Positions 39,931-55,500 of a stretch of 64,000 nt of DNA are shown here, piece after piece. The notes under the pieces are model-generated. The model had not been told where the DNA came from, did no database searches, and worked only from the letters and a program-made list of their open reading frames with translations. The stretch comes from Lama guanicoe (Eukaryota), in NCBI GenBank assembly GCA_013239625.1, contig MU053881.1, forward strand, positions 7,339,957 to 7,403,956, read 5' to 3'. The translations under genes were made by a program, and so were the position numbers. Numbering within the stretch: position 1 is the stretch's first letter; each line of letters begins with the position of its first letter.

Positions 39931-42416
39931 GAGGTTCTCCATAGGATTATTTTTGGGGGGCTGATGGAGGTAACAGGTAAAATGCACTTGGCAGGCAATA
40001 ATAAGGCAGGCACCTGCCATGTGACAGGCACCGCCTGACTGTGCCATGTGTCTGACATCCGTTAGCTCATTTTGTCTGCACAATACCTCTGCACGGGTTC
40101 TCCCATACAGGGCTGTCTTACAAACAGGGAAACTGAGCTCTGGGTGGATTACTTGCCCAAAGTCATGAACCTTAGTAATTGGTAGCGGTAGGAGTCAAAT
40201 GCAGAATTCAAACCCAAGTAGTCTGGTTCCAGAAACGATGCCTTTAACCACTGAGCGGACTGCCTCCCCTGAGCAAACGGTGGCGATGAGTGTGGTGAAG
40301 GAGGAGTGTGTGAAGGCAGAGCAGCCCCAGGAGAGGGATTACTCGGAGGAGGAGGAGGAGGAGGAAGCAGGAACTGAGTAAGCAGAACTGTAATGAGAGC
40401 AGAAGGCAAGATGCAAAAGAAAAGACAGGCAGAGCAAGCAGGGAACAGAGAGCTGGATGCACAGCTTGGACCAGAAGGGCCTGATCACACGCCCAGAGGC
40501 AGTGGAAGCGGCAGACAAAAGCAGGGCCCACCCTAAGGGCCAGCAACAGACCCAGGTGAATTCACGGAGCTCTAAAATGCCCTGCATTGAGGTCCTCAAA
40601 AAGCAAAGACCCCTGGTAAAGGTGTCCCCTCCTCCTAAAAAACAAAGAGCAAGAAATGTCTTGGATAGCATGAACGGTAAGCCAAATCTTGAGCATGGAT
40701 CAAGACACTAAAACTTCTACTAATTTAAATTTGAGTTTTTGAAACAAGCACCCTTTCCGTCACGGTAACAGCTAATGTTTATTTTGAGAGCTGATTTATC
40801 CCCACTCACGGATGAGGAAACTAAGGCTCAGTGAGGCTGAGTCCCTCTCTAAGCCAGGCGCTTACAGGGACAGGAAGTGTCCCGTATGACCAGTGACCAT
40901 CACTGAGCCAACACTGCCCGGTACAGGGCGACCATCACCATGTGCCACACCACCTCCCCGTACTCCAGCCTGTGGCAGCGCCAGGATCTGAAAGGACTAC
41001 AGACAAGAAGGAGCAAATGCATCTCAGAACTGCACTCTGGGTCTCCCCTCTTTTGGGGAGTCATATTTACAGCTCTGCAGGCTCATTTCTGTTTGTGCCT
41101 GGGCAGCAGGGAGGGGAGCTCCTTGGTGTCCATCACGTGGACCAGGGAAGCATGGGCTACTGCAGACTCTGAGTGATTCCACAGGCTCAGAAACCTTGGG
41201 GCCAAGCTCAGCTGGTTGTCTGGGCTTCAGGAATAAAAGGCATGGCAAGGGGTTTTGTAAAGAAGCTTAATGCCTCCAAGATAATCATTTCAGCTCCTTC
41301 TGAATGTTCCTCACTGTGCCCTATACCTCCCAGGGGTTTAGTCATTCTAGAAAAGCCCAGTGGAGACAGGTCATTTCTGTGGGCACCCAGCAACTTCTGG
41401 ACCCACTTTCGACAATTTAGGAATTTCCCATATTTCTCCTGCGGCAGAAGCTCAAATCTGCTCTGCCAGCTTCCACTGCAACACAGCACAGGTATGTGCC
41501 CAGAGACACCTACCCAGATTTCGACTCAGGAGCTAGTGACCTAAGAAGAAGGGACAGGAAAACCACTTTCTTTGGCTATGTGATAGAAATGAATGATCCC
41601 AAAGAAAATTCCAATCCTTTTCAACAACTCTTCCTCTCTTACCCAACTGCATGCTGCAGACTGATACAGGATCATCCCCAGCCGTTGTAAACGCTCCTGT
41701 GAAGTAGGCGCAAAGGGAAAAAAGGCAAGGGAACAGCTAATGGGCGCCCAATTAGCCGCAGTTATGCACATGGGAAAGAAGACAAAGGAGTAGCAGGAAA
41801 AAGAAACACAATATGCAGACACAATGAGCCCCCAAAGCAATAACTACACTACAATTTCCCACCAGCTGGCTTAGAAATCTCAAAGCATTGAAACTTCTAT
41901 CTTCTAATTTCCCCAGTGAAACGCCCTTCCAGTTCGGGGAAGCACTTCTCCTTCGCTTCCCAACGTCCTCAAAGCTCCCCTGAAGGGCAGGCCATTGTGG
42001 GAGACTCTGAAACGAACACCACCCACCTTCCCTCAGCACGAGCTCCCAGATGCTCTTCGCAGGTCAGCCTCTATTTCTGTTCATAAGATTGTGTCTGGAT
42101 CACCTGAAAAACACCTCCTCTGGCCAAAGGCCATTTCCTAGCCCCCAAAATGCATGTCATCCAACTGGCAGGTTTTGAGTGTCAAAGATGTCCTAGATGC
42201 TATGCAGGGAATACAGCAAAGAATAACATGTCATCCCACTCTTTAGGAAGCTAAAAATCACTTAGAGTTCCAATAGCATTGAATTTCTACTGAATGAAGA
42301 ACTAGAGAAAGCAAGATGACATGCCTTCAGGAAGAAAAGAAGAAATCAAATGTACAAATGTTGTTTGTTCCAGTGGAGGAAAAAACAAAGACTAAAAAAG
42401 ATAAGAAGAAAATACC

Positions 42417-42476
42417 AAGGAAGGAAGGAAGGAAGGAAGGAAGGAAGGAAGGAAGGAAGGAAGGAAGGAAGGAAGG
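42417..42476. repeat. Perfect (AAGG)15 microsatellite
   Basis: read directly. Confidence 0.95.
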
Positions 42477-42999
42477 AAATAATCCAAAAGAAAAAACTAG
42501 GCATACGATGTGGTAAATGGAAAAAAATACGTTCTTCTTGTAGATCTGAAGTTCTCGCTTAGAAGATGGAGTAAGATATTCTTGCCTACCCTTGCCTAAT
42601 CTGGAATTATAATGTTTCAAACCTTGAACCCCTCCAAGAAACTCAACCCGCAGAAAGACCCACAGTTGTCTTCTACTGGTTTTCAAATAATTGACAAGTA
42701 TCTCTTGAACTTGGAAGAATACCCCTAAGACTTTAACACACAATCTCTGCCTTCAGTATCTGATGAAAACAGAGGAATCGAAACAGATACTTCACTTTTA
42801 GAATAACCTAAGTGACATGTTTTGTGACACGGTTCGAGACACTCACCTCTTTCTGTTCATCAACTGACATCTCAAAGAATTCTCCCAAAAAGGAGAATCC
42901 CAAATGATTACCCATGTCAGATGCCTTGCTGAATAAGAAGCTTTCATAATCCATCCATTGTCATCATCAAAATGATGACTTACAGACTTTACTTTCTTT

Positions 43000-43450
43000 C
43001 GGGAAACCATCTCTCCCACTAAACAAGTTCATACCATAAGAGGCTGACCTGACTCAGGGCTCCAGAGGTGAACATGTGACCATAACTACACAATCTGCAT
43101 ATTCATCCCCCTGGTCACACTGTTGAAAACCTTAGCACATGACCCAAGATAGTTCTTGGCATAGAATTTTGCTAGAATGACAAGGAACCTAGAGTTGCTT
43201 AAGATAGTAGAATATGAACCTGAGCTTTCCACATTGGAAAACTTGCCTCAGAAAGTAACCAACAAAAGGGAAGCAGGGCCAAGATCTAGAGAGACAGACT
43301 ATCCGAATAACATTAAGCATCTGGATCCAGCCATGCGTAAGGCCAACTACCCCCAAGATTTTTCAATAATGTGAAATAAAATAAAGTCCTTTTTCTCCCC
43401 AAGTCATCTTGAGTTGCGTGCTCTTCATTAGCATTAAGAATCCAGACAAT
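43000..43450 (+). mobile_element. MLT1-type solo LTR
   Basis: catgtgacc...ctggatccagccatgcgtaaggcca...aataaagtccttttt. Confidence 0.55.
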
Positions 43451-44124
43451 ACGTTCCCTGCATGCTTCTTCTTATTTCCCATCACACACAACCAACTTGG
43501 TCATCCACACCACCAGTACCCTGCCCAACGCTGCCTTCTAGCCAGGATGAACACAAATTGTTATTCTGCGGGCTGCATTGGAATGCCTCCATCTCTCAAG
43601 CCCTTTAAAAGGGCGGCTAACCTCAGTGCTACTGACCATCAAACACCGAATCTCTCAGGTGCCCTCACACATCAGCGTACTTTTTGGCCACTAGGATTTC
43701 ACTGGCAGGCAGGTCAACTGCAAATACCAGCTGTACCATCATGCACATTCTCCTAGAGCCAAATAAATGTCAAATTCTGAGTTCTGCTTTCCTCAGCCCC
43801 ATGGATTGTAGATTCCTGGAAGGTTTTCACCATATCTCAGATCACACGGAGAATGTTAGACGAAACACAGGAGAGCCTCAAATCACAAACCATATTCACT
43901 GGGGAAACGTAACCCGACCACAGAGGAAGATTTCTTTTCTTTTCCCCCAAATGAACTTGGAACGATTATTTATTCAGAACTCCCTGTGTTGGATTTTTAA
44001 GTTGTTTTTGATCAACAGCTGGTTATAATTTTGTGGAAGAGTTTCTCAAACAGCATGAATACTGTTGCATCCTGGAGGAACTGCAGCGCTAACCGATCGA
44101 TCACTCTGACATAACAAGTACTCA

Positions 44125-44280
<156 letters not shown>

Positions 44281-45095
44281 TCAAAATACATCATTTTGCC
44301 ATCCACGGCATGGTAATTAGTTTTCTCAGTAAATTACAAGGCATTCAATCAAAGGTTAAAGGTGGTGGTACAGCCAAGCTCACTCACTCATTTATACCAT
44401 AAAAATAACTCTGCTTAAAAAATACATGTAATACAGGGAGTGAATAAGTATTTCCTGCCCATAAAAAGCCAGCAAAGGAAAAACTGGGTGGAAAGAAAAA
44501 TCTTTTGACTAAGAAAACTGGTTATAATGAGGATGTGCATGGAGATGATGCTGGTGATCATGTCCTTTTCAGCCTTTTCATCCCACAGGAAATGTTCTTG
44601 TAATGTCATGGAACTCCTTTGCTTGGAAACTTTCCATGATTCTTTATCACCAGCAGGGCAGATCTGGGACTACTATTTCGCCTGCTTTTCCAGGCCTCTT
44701 CATAAACAGGCCCCCACTAATTTTTCCAGCATCATCTCTGAGCTCTAACCCTCAGTTTCCTGTACCCAAGCTGTACTGAGCTACTTCTCATATGCACTTT
44801 CTTCTCCCTAGCCTTTCAACCCCAGTGTCCACAATAAGTAGCTGCCCAATAAATGGTAGCTGACTGACTGACTGATTTAATGAGGCAGTGAATGAGCAAA
44901 CACTTCCATATACTTCTGCCACCATAAAATATTCACACCAATCTATGGGTTTGCATATATTGTAAATAACACAAGCACAGACTGGGTTTTTGTCAAAAAA
45001 GGGAGAACTCACACAGGCTGGTGACAAAAGGAAACTAACCAAGTTTCTTGTGACACAGGCCTCCTGGCAGGGCAAGTAAGAAATGCAGTTACTTA

Positions 45096-45302
<207 letters not shown>

Positions 45303-45341
45303 TTAGCTCACCAATATATCTCTAGTCACCAGTGTATCTTA

Positions 45342-45698
<357 letters not shown>

Positions 45699-45739
45699 TC
45701 ATAAGAAAGAGGGCAGGTGACCCTGAAGTCCCACTCCTC

Positions 45740-46265
45740 AGTGCAGACTCGAGAGGATGAGAGCGCACATCCACCAAGGGCCATGTGCAGAAGGGCCAGG
45801 CGCTTGCCTCACAAGAGCCCAAACTTGGAGCAACCCAGCAGAGTGGATGAATGTATAGCGGCATTTTCACCCTACAGAATACTGCACAGCAATAAAACAG
45901 AGCCAACTACCACGACTCCGTGGAACGACATGGATAACCTTTGTGAGCATCGTGCAGAGTAAGACGTCAGACACAAAGATGTGCATTCATTGTCACTCTA
46001 CTTTTATGAACTTCAAGAACAGGAAAAAACCCATCTGCAATGATGGTAGTCAGCTTGGTGGTGACTCCCGAGTGGGTTACTGACTGAGAAGGAGGATAGG
46101 AGATCCTACTGTGATGCTAAAAATGTTCTGTGTCTTGATCTAGGTGGTGGGGATCCAGTTGTGTACGTGTGTAAAAATACACTGAACTGTGCTCTTAAGA
46201 TAAGTGCTCTGTACATACGTTACTGTATGTAGAGCATATGTCAATGACAGAGTTAAAAAAAAAAA
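45740..46265 (+). mobile_element. Old L1 (L1MB/MC-type) 3' region
   Basis: caaacttggagcaaccc...atggataacctt...aaatgttctgtgtcttgatct...ctgaactgt and a terminal A-run. Confidence 0.7.
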
Positions 46266-47148
46266 GAATGCAAAAGAGAGACAGTGGAATTCCCTTTCAG
46301 ATGACTTTCCCAAGCTGCCCCAAGGTAATAAATCTTATAAAAGAATGTCTGGGGAATTCCCCTGCCATTGCTGAACCAGGCAGGTGGGTCAATGGTGCAC
46401 AGTTAAAGCGCTGATCTGGAAATTCAACCATTGCTTTTCTATGTATGGGCAATTAACTAAAAATTGATACCCCTCCCTCCTAAGAGATGGGTCAATATTT
46501 CCTATAGTCAAAACACAGAGTTACCACATAAAGACGTTCAATCTCAGAGTTTCTGGTGGCTCCAAGTTCCTGGTGGAAACAAGATCACTAGGACCTCTGG
46601 GAAACACTCGTCCCAATTCATGGTGCTGGAGAGAGGGCTGCTTTAATTAGATCTGCACTGCAGACACTATGTTCTCCCCCACCGTGTGGACAGAGCAACA
46701 CGCCTGACATTTGCATTGTTTTCTGCTTGTTCACTTAAAATATGAGCGTTGATGTCTTTCCCTTTCTCATGTTTAATACATAATGTCCTAGAAGCAGCAG
46801 AAACCAAAAATACTTTTCATTTCTAACAGCCACATGTAGACAACACTAAAAGATCATACTATTGTAGCAACTTGTAACAACAAAAACAAGTAAAAGTGAC
46901 TGTTGGTTGGACTCTGTATGTTTTATAGGCTTTAGTTCAATTATCGTGTATTATGTGTAAGAGACTTGGTGAGTAATTTTAAAATATTTATCATCTTGAA
47001 TGCTCACAACCACCCTGCAAAATACACCATATTGATAATACCATCACATAACGTTGGCAAGCAGTTGAGCTGGGATCTACCCCCAAGTTGATCTATTTCC
47101 AGAGGCTGAGCACAACCATTCATTTCTGCTGCTCAACATACAGCATCA

Positions 47149-47782
<634 letters not shown>

Positions 47783-49526
47783 TTACTTCCCCAAGCCAAG
47801 GATATGTGCCCAGTGCTACACAGAGCTTGCAGCGGCCAGATTACACACTGTAAGGTGGGAAGGGTCAGAAATAGTGAGGGACGATGTCAGAGGAGCAATG
47901 AACATCAGCTGGTAAGGTAGGGCTGTTTTTCTGCAAAACATTAATGGAAAAGGAGTTGATCAACCACTTGAAGACTCTGTGGACTTCACTAAAGGCACAG
48001 AGGGGACTGAAAAAAAAAGATTCCCAAATAGGACATTTTAATTCGTCCTGGGTTGCATGAGATCTTAGCATCAACAAGCCCACCAGGAGGAGAAGGAAAG
48101 AGCTTCAAGAACAAGTTAACAGCCAAGGCACCGGACTCTGAAAGTCATGGAACTTAGAGCTGCTCTACCATTCACAAGTGCGTGTCATCTTGGATATATT
48201 TCTTGGTCTCTCTGTGTCTTGTTTTTCTCATGATTAAACTGAAGGTTAATCATATTGCCTAATTCTAGAAATTTTGAGCAGACCAGACAGCACAATGCAT
48301 AGAAACACTTAGTAAAACTACAGACACGTTAAGTCCCCTGGTGTCCTGGAATGAGTGATTAGAGGTAGGCATTGCAGTAGGCATTTACTGAGCCCTTATT
48401 CTGCACTAAATACACACTAAGTGCTTTATATGCCTTAGTTCATTGCACTCAAGGCTCACAACCATCACTGCTGACGTGGACAATGTTATCGTCTTCAGTT
48501 TAGAGTTGAGGAAATGGAGGCTTAAGGAAGGTGACTAAATTGAAAACTGACTGCAACTGGGACTCTGCCCTCGATGAGTTCACACTGGGGAAGAACGGCT
48601 ATTAAGCCAAGAACCACCTGGATGTGTCCTAAATGAGAAAACAGAGGCTGTACTGAAAAAAAGGGGTTGTGCTGGAAAAGCCAAAGAGACTCAGAGAAAA
48701 GGAGCATGTGATGAAGCTTTGATGAGGCTGTGTTTGCCAAGCAGGCCACAGGAAAAAAGGGCGACTTCAGGCTCTGAGGTCGAGAAAGTCAAGGGCAACA
48801 GTTTGACCCCTGTGCTGACGGACCACTTGGCCCTGCCCCTTTCACAGCCACACCCTTTGCCACCAGCCAGGGGTTAGCAGAGGCATGCCACTGTCACAAG
48901 AGGGGTTGTGGGCGAGCATGCACGCAGGGCCAGGCAAACACTTCCCAACTTCTAGAGAACAGTTCAAGTCTCATGACGTACAAAAAACGCCAGCTGACAC
49001 CTGTACCCTTTATCCGTGGTGCTTTCCCATGGGCCACCTTATTCGTCTGTCATAAACATGACCGTCGCCACTTAACAAAAAGGAAACAGACTCAGGAAGA
49101 CACGTGAGAGGACTCTGAATTTAGTCAACAGCAGGATCAGGATCCTAAATTCTAAGATTTTTTCCATTAGCCACAGTGAAGAATCTCTCAAATATTTCCT
49201 GCTGGTCTTCTGTACATCCCACAGGTGTCTTACAGAGTCAAAGCCATTCTCTATGTAACAATAACCTTTTCCATTCATTTACTGAGAGCTCCACATACCC
49301 ACCATTGTCACAGTTGACACGAACTGTCTCATGTAACCCTCACAACTATTCGTTGGGGGCTCATAGATGTGGACATGGACGCCCAGAGTAGATCTTGCAC
49401 AAGGCCTCACAGCTGGGAAGCCCTGCTGTGTGTGATTATGGGGGCCCTGCTCTTAACTACTAAGCGATCCTGCCATGTCCCCTTCACTTTCTGCACCATC
49501 CTCCCTGCAGAGTTAATCCTAGCTCA

Positions 49527-49742
<216 letters not shown>

Positions 49743-49746
49743 TCAC

Positions 49747-49819
49747 ATTCCAGGGACGACCGATGCCGAAACATGAACCGGAGATGGATCTTCTGCATGT
49801 CCTCGATGGGGACAGCCAC
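49747..49819 (-). CDS. DOCK2: DOCK2 exon ~16 (73 nt) [24 protein letters not shown]
   Basis: unusual gag|GTG acceptor, T|gtgagt donor, phase 0 to 1; [14 protein letters not shown]-1 motif. Confidence 0.94.
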
Positions 49820-51477
49820 CTCAGCAGGCAGAAACGAGAGCTCAGGAGACAAGGAGTTAAATGGCCCTCCCCGCTCCACCCCGCCCCGCAAAGGGCAGCC
49901 AGACCATTTAACTGAGAGTGCTGCGTGCTGATTTATCACCCATCCATCAAGCCTGATGAACTGTAAATAAATTACATAAGAACTAGCTATGAAGAGAAAA
50001 TAAAGTACCAAATGTAATCCATTTGGCAAATTGCATTCCCGGCCAATGAAAAGAGGTCTGTAAATTATAGTGAGGAAAAATGAATCGCCTGAAATTGATA
50101 TAAAAGTCACATAAGTTTAGCACGGGATTTGATGCACGGCAAACTGCACGAGGCACATTCTCCTCACACACTCCAGGAGTTCGGGCACTTGCAGCAGGGC
50201 TTAGCAAATTAACAACGCTCATTAGGAGCCCTGCTGGAGGACTCTCGTTTATGAGAAAGAATAAAAACGCTGCAATACAGTCATATTTGGAGAAACCCCA
50301 GGATTTATTCCCATCGTTAATTAGACACATATCCAGATGCTTTTTCCTCCTGAGGACCTGACAAACACCCCTTGGTCACCCAGTTTCACTGTCCAGTGAG
50401 AGGTCTGCTGCTCCTTTGACCGAGATGCTTTTGGCCCGGCTCTGGGCTATCCCACCTCCCAGAGCCCCACCTTAATCTCTGTACCGTCTGATTCAGGCCC
50501 AGACAGAGACGCTTAACTACCTGTGAGGAAACCACTCAGATTTTAAAAAGGCACACGTTTACTTTGTACAGATGACTAGCAGAAGCCAAACAGATGCACA
50601 CTTGGGGACTTTCTGCTCCAGAAAATGAAATCTGAGCCCGAAGAGGTCCACCACGTGTTTGTGTTTCAGACAGAGCAAAAGAACAACAGAGAGTCCCATG
50701 GGCGGCTCGAGTCTGATCCATCCCTCCCTGCCCATGGAGTCATTACTATAATTGACAGCCACGCGAGGCAGCGGCCAGGGTGATGGAAGGAAGAGTCCCT
50801 ACACGCAGAGAACTCCTGGCCCATACAGGGCAACATGTCATTATAACGATGTGAAGAGGGCTAGCAAAGAGGTTCTGTAACTGGGGTGCAAGAGAGTGCA
50901 GAGGAAACGACCTGGTGCAAGAGCTCTCTAACCCCAAGGTTGGGCAGGTCATCACCTTGAAGAGAGTGAGTACCGGGAGACCCACGAGGCAAATCACAGT
51001 ACAGGTGAGAAGGCAAGAACCACTGAGGTCTGACCAGCCATCCCCAGAAGGGAAGTCTTCTGAGCATCTTGAGTTTGGTTCAGAGCACAGGGTGAGTTAA
51101 AGACTGCTGTGAGTTCCACGGCAGAGATATTTGAAGCTGTGATCAAGCGTCACTGCTCGCTAAATTAATTCCAAGCTCTATTTCCAACACACGATATTCC
51201 CTCCTGCTTTAGTGTGACAATCTGGTAATGCAAATATTTGTGGCTAATGCCTCTTCCACCTGAGGTACTCTCCCAGTAGGATATCTTCCAGGCATTAAAC
51301 AGCTTTTTATAGCCAAATTTGCCCGCAAGTTCTGCCACTCTTCCCTGCCGAGTAGCATGACACAGCTTGCCGGGCTGGGCACGGTCCATGAGACCATCTG
51401 ACAATTCCATGGTGGCTGCTCCCTGGGCCAGTGAAGGGTGATCAAGAGAAGCAGGGTGCTCACCCACTGGGTCACTA

Positions 51478-51795
<318 letters not shown>

Positions 51796-52326
51796 TCAAG
51801 CCTTCCGTCAGGTACCCTCCTACATTATGGATTTACACATGAATGTGCCCAGCGCTGGGAGTGACAGCCGCTTAACTACAGAAATTCTATTAGTTGCATT
51901 CTGGAAACGACTGCAGCACAGTACCCGTTGATGTGGCTGCCCTATGGTCAATGGTAACCGGCCTTGGATTTCCTGCACGCTGCCAGTCTTATTAATCCTA
52001 TTTGTTTCCTGAAGCTGAACTGCACAAAGTTTACAAACAGGCTCAGATCAGCCAAGCAGCAGCTCGTTCTGACGGATTTCTGATGCTAACACACCAAGGT
52101 GCCGGCGGGAGCTGGACAAGGGGAGGGGGCTCAGGTTTCAGGCAGGCACACTGGCGGAGGGAGCTAAGGCAGCCCACAGTTAGGGCGCCAGGCCCATGCT
52201 AAGCACCGGGATACGGGCGTAAGTCAGACAGTCACCTGACATGGGGGCTCACAGTCCGGTGGAGGGACCATTAGATGAGCAGACAAATCACTAGACAATG
52301 TGATGTGATGACAGATACATGTATCC

Positions 52327-52542
52327 TCTTGTCCCTCGGTATCCACGGGGGCTTGGTCCCAGGAACCCATCCAGCCCTAACCCCCCCCCAACCCGTCCCG
52401 CCCCAACCCCTCCGATGCTGATTAAAAAAATCTACAGATGCTCAAGTCCCTTATACATAATGGTGTAGTCCAATCAACCCTTCATATCTGCAGATACAGG
52501 GCCTGCAGATACAGGGCCCACAGAAACAGAGGACTGACTGTA
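52327..52542. mobile_element. MER2-type Tigger-derived MITE
   Basis: ends gtccctcggtatccacggggg and cagaggactgactgta; internal gatgctcaagtcccttata. Confidence 0.7.
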
Positions 52543-55500
52543 TTATACACTACGGAGCACAGAGAAAGGACACTTCAGTGCCCCGAGGACTCAGGGAAGA
52601 TTTCGTGAAGCGATAACAGCTGAAGATCTTGAAGAAAGATTCCAAGGTGACTTGGAGCAGAAATACAGGAAGGATGTTCTGAGAAAGTACAGAGTGTGCA
52701 CACCTAGATAGGCTATTTATTCTTTGCCATAAGAATCACCCTCAGAGTAACAAGGAGTTACCTTGCAATAGCGTATGCCAGCCCCTCATTCTCTCTCTCG
52801 TGTTCATTCCAGTTGTTTGGCCCCAAAACTAATCTAAAATAGGATCACCCAGAAGGGGCCTAAGTTCTGTTTTTATACCAGACACAGAGATTTTCAGCCT
52901 CAAGTCTCCAGAGATCTAGGGACCTGAGGACTGGTTTTACAGCCCAGGCCCCGAAATTGCAGAACTGTTTCTCTCTGAGCATTTCTGTGGTGAGAGAATC
53001 CATGCCTCTCACCAGATTCCATCAAATTCCCCAGTGGATCCCACCAGGTTCAATGACCAAAGCTGGCCACGTGCCTGCACTCCGGGCCTCCTGGTGAACC
53101 AAGCTAACCTGTGGGAAGAAGAACCCCATCCCTCTGCCTGGAGAGCTCCCTCTGCATTTCCAAGCTATAGGGAGAGAACGCGTTCAGTTTCAATACTGAC
53201 TGATGCAGCCTACAATCAGACCAAACCCATCTGAAAATGAGGGAAGACGCACAACTCCCTTAATTTTCAGTGGAATAGAGCCTTTCAGAACTTCCTGAGT
53301 CACTGAACTGAAAACATGCTTCCAGAGTTTTTCTAAGCATTTAGAGAGTGCTCTGTGTCCAGCACTATGCTAAGCCCTTTCCACCAGCTGCCTCACTTAA
53401 TTCAATCTGCACAACCACCTCTGATGATTACCATCATTGTCCCCATTTCAAAACTAAGTAAACTGAGGCCCTGAGTGGTAACGTCACTTTTCCCAAAAGG
53501 CAGCAGCCCCAGGACTACATCTCGGACCCTCTAACTCTTAGTCCAGTGTTCTCTCTGCAACAACCCAGCCTCCCAAGATTTGTATCTAGTGACATTTATG
53601 GGCTTAGTGTTTCTGTAGCGCCAGTGAATCCCATGCAGCTTATAAAATCTGAAAACACACATATCTCGCTGGTGAAGGTAAAACTGCTGTATGGCAGGCA
53701 ACTGAATCCCAGAAAACTATCTTGATGAAAATATCTATTGCCTAAGGCTGGAAAAAACAGTCTCAGTATTATTCTGAGAAAGGCCTGAGACCGTGCCCTC
53801 CTTCTCAGCACTTCAGAGATAAAATCGAAAGTCACCAAGTGGAGAGAGCGTCGTGACCAGGGGAGGGGGCCTGCTTTTAGGGAAAATGTAAGTTTGTGTA
53901 TGTCTCAAGTACTCAGTAATTCTCCTCCTTACTCACCCCCCTGGCTCCCAAGTAACAGCAAGAGCCCTAACTGGCTTCAGGTCAATGGAAGGAATTCTGA
54001 GTAGGAATCAGGCAGCCTGGAAGCTTTAAGGCCGACTCAGCCTTGGTGGACTCGCTCCAGCAGGAGGAAAAATCAAGCACCATACACAGGACCTGCTGAC
54101 CTCATAGGCGTCATCTGAGGAACAAATGCCGTCGTGGGTGTGAATGCATCTTTGAGAGCCAGAAAGTGCTCTCGGCTGACAGGTGGCTGGTACCACAGGA
54201 AGATGCAGATTAGCGTCCACCAGGCAGTCACCAAGCCTGGGACGGCTCTGCCTTCCTGGCAATGGTGGCTAACTTTAATGAACACCTATTATGTAGATTA
54301 TCTCAGCTGTTTTTCACAAGAGTGAGGTGCCACTGCGGGTCTCATTTTCAGACAGAGAAATCCTAGGCATAGAGAGATGATGTAACTTGTTCCAGGTCGT
54401 CCTGCTACTCCGGGCTGAGCTGGGCTTTGAGACTGGCTGCCCGGCCCCAGGGGTCACGTGCTGACCACTACGCAACACTGCCCCCTACGCGCTTCCTCCA
54501 CCCCCGTAAGCTGGCTGGTCGCAGAGGAGCAGAGGTTTCTCAGCCCTTTACTTCCTAAACTTGTTTCAGGTATCCACGTTGGATTGTCCGTCTGAACCCC
54601 CTCAAATCCCTTCCAGGGCTTCAACCTGCAGCTGGTCTGCGTTCTCTGTTGCCTCCTTCCTGTTACTAAGTATTTACTGCGTATCAGGTACCGACACTTA
54701 CCGGTTTGTTTAAACTACAGCCCTGCAAGGAGGAGGCTGTTACTCCTCTTTAATAGACAAATAAACTTGCCCACCATCACACAGCTAGCAGGAAGGGAGG
54801 CTGGGATTTGAATACTGTCTATTTGATTATAGAGCACACCCTCTTTGCTTCTCTGCCACGGCCCCTCCGGAGCAAGGGCCTGGAGACCCCAACGTGAGCC
54901 AAGGGCAAGTCTACTCTGCTCCATCCTCTGGCCCTGCTTGGAGCAGGAGGAGAAATCGATACCCCTAAAGGGGGGACTGTTCCCACAGGAACCCACCAGA
55001 ATCCAAAAGGAATGTTGGAGTGTGCTGCCTGACACTTAATTAGGCAGTAATATTTATTTCTGCAAATAGAGAAAGAAGAGCCTCCCACAGGCTTCCTTAG
55101 CAATTTTCAATAGTCAGTCAACTGAACTCCTCTGTACCTTCCCTAATAAATGAAACTGCAAATTATCACCATGCCCCACAGTTTCCTCTCCATTTCAGCC
55201 CCCAGAATATACCTGCTCACATATGCATCTTTGATGAGCACGTCTGCTCAGCCTGGCTGGGTGTGACTCAAAAGGGCGGCAGAGGTGGAAGTAAAAATGG
55301 TTCAGAAATGAGACAGGAGGCCTGCTTTCCTAGTAACTGCTCCTGCTAATTTGTCCTTTGGCAACACTGAAGGCAAGCACATCAGTGTTTTTCAAAAAAA
55401 AGGAAGCTGAGGTTAAAAAGTCTCCAACAGGTATCTGGATAAAAATGACTTCAAAGAAATGGTCTATATATTTGCGAAATGCAATCTCCCTTTCAGACAA

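Noticed and set aside
40345..40365. (GGA)7 read as poly-Glu or poly-Pro coding sequence
   Set aside because: Simple intronic repeat with no exon signals
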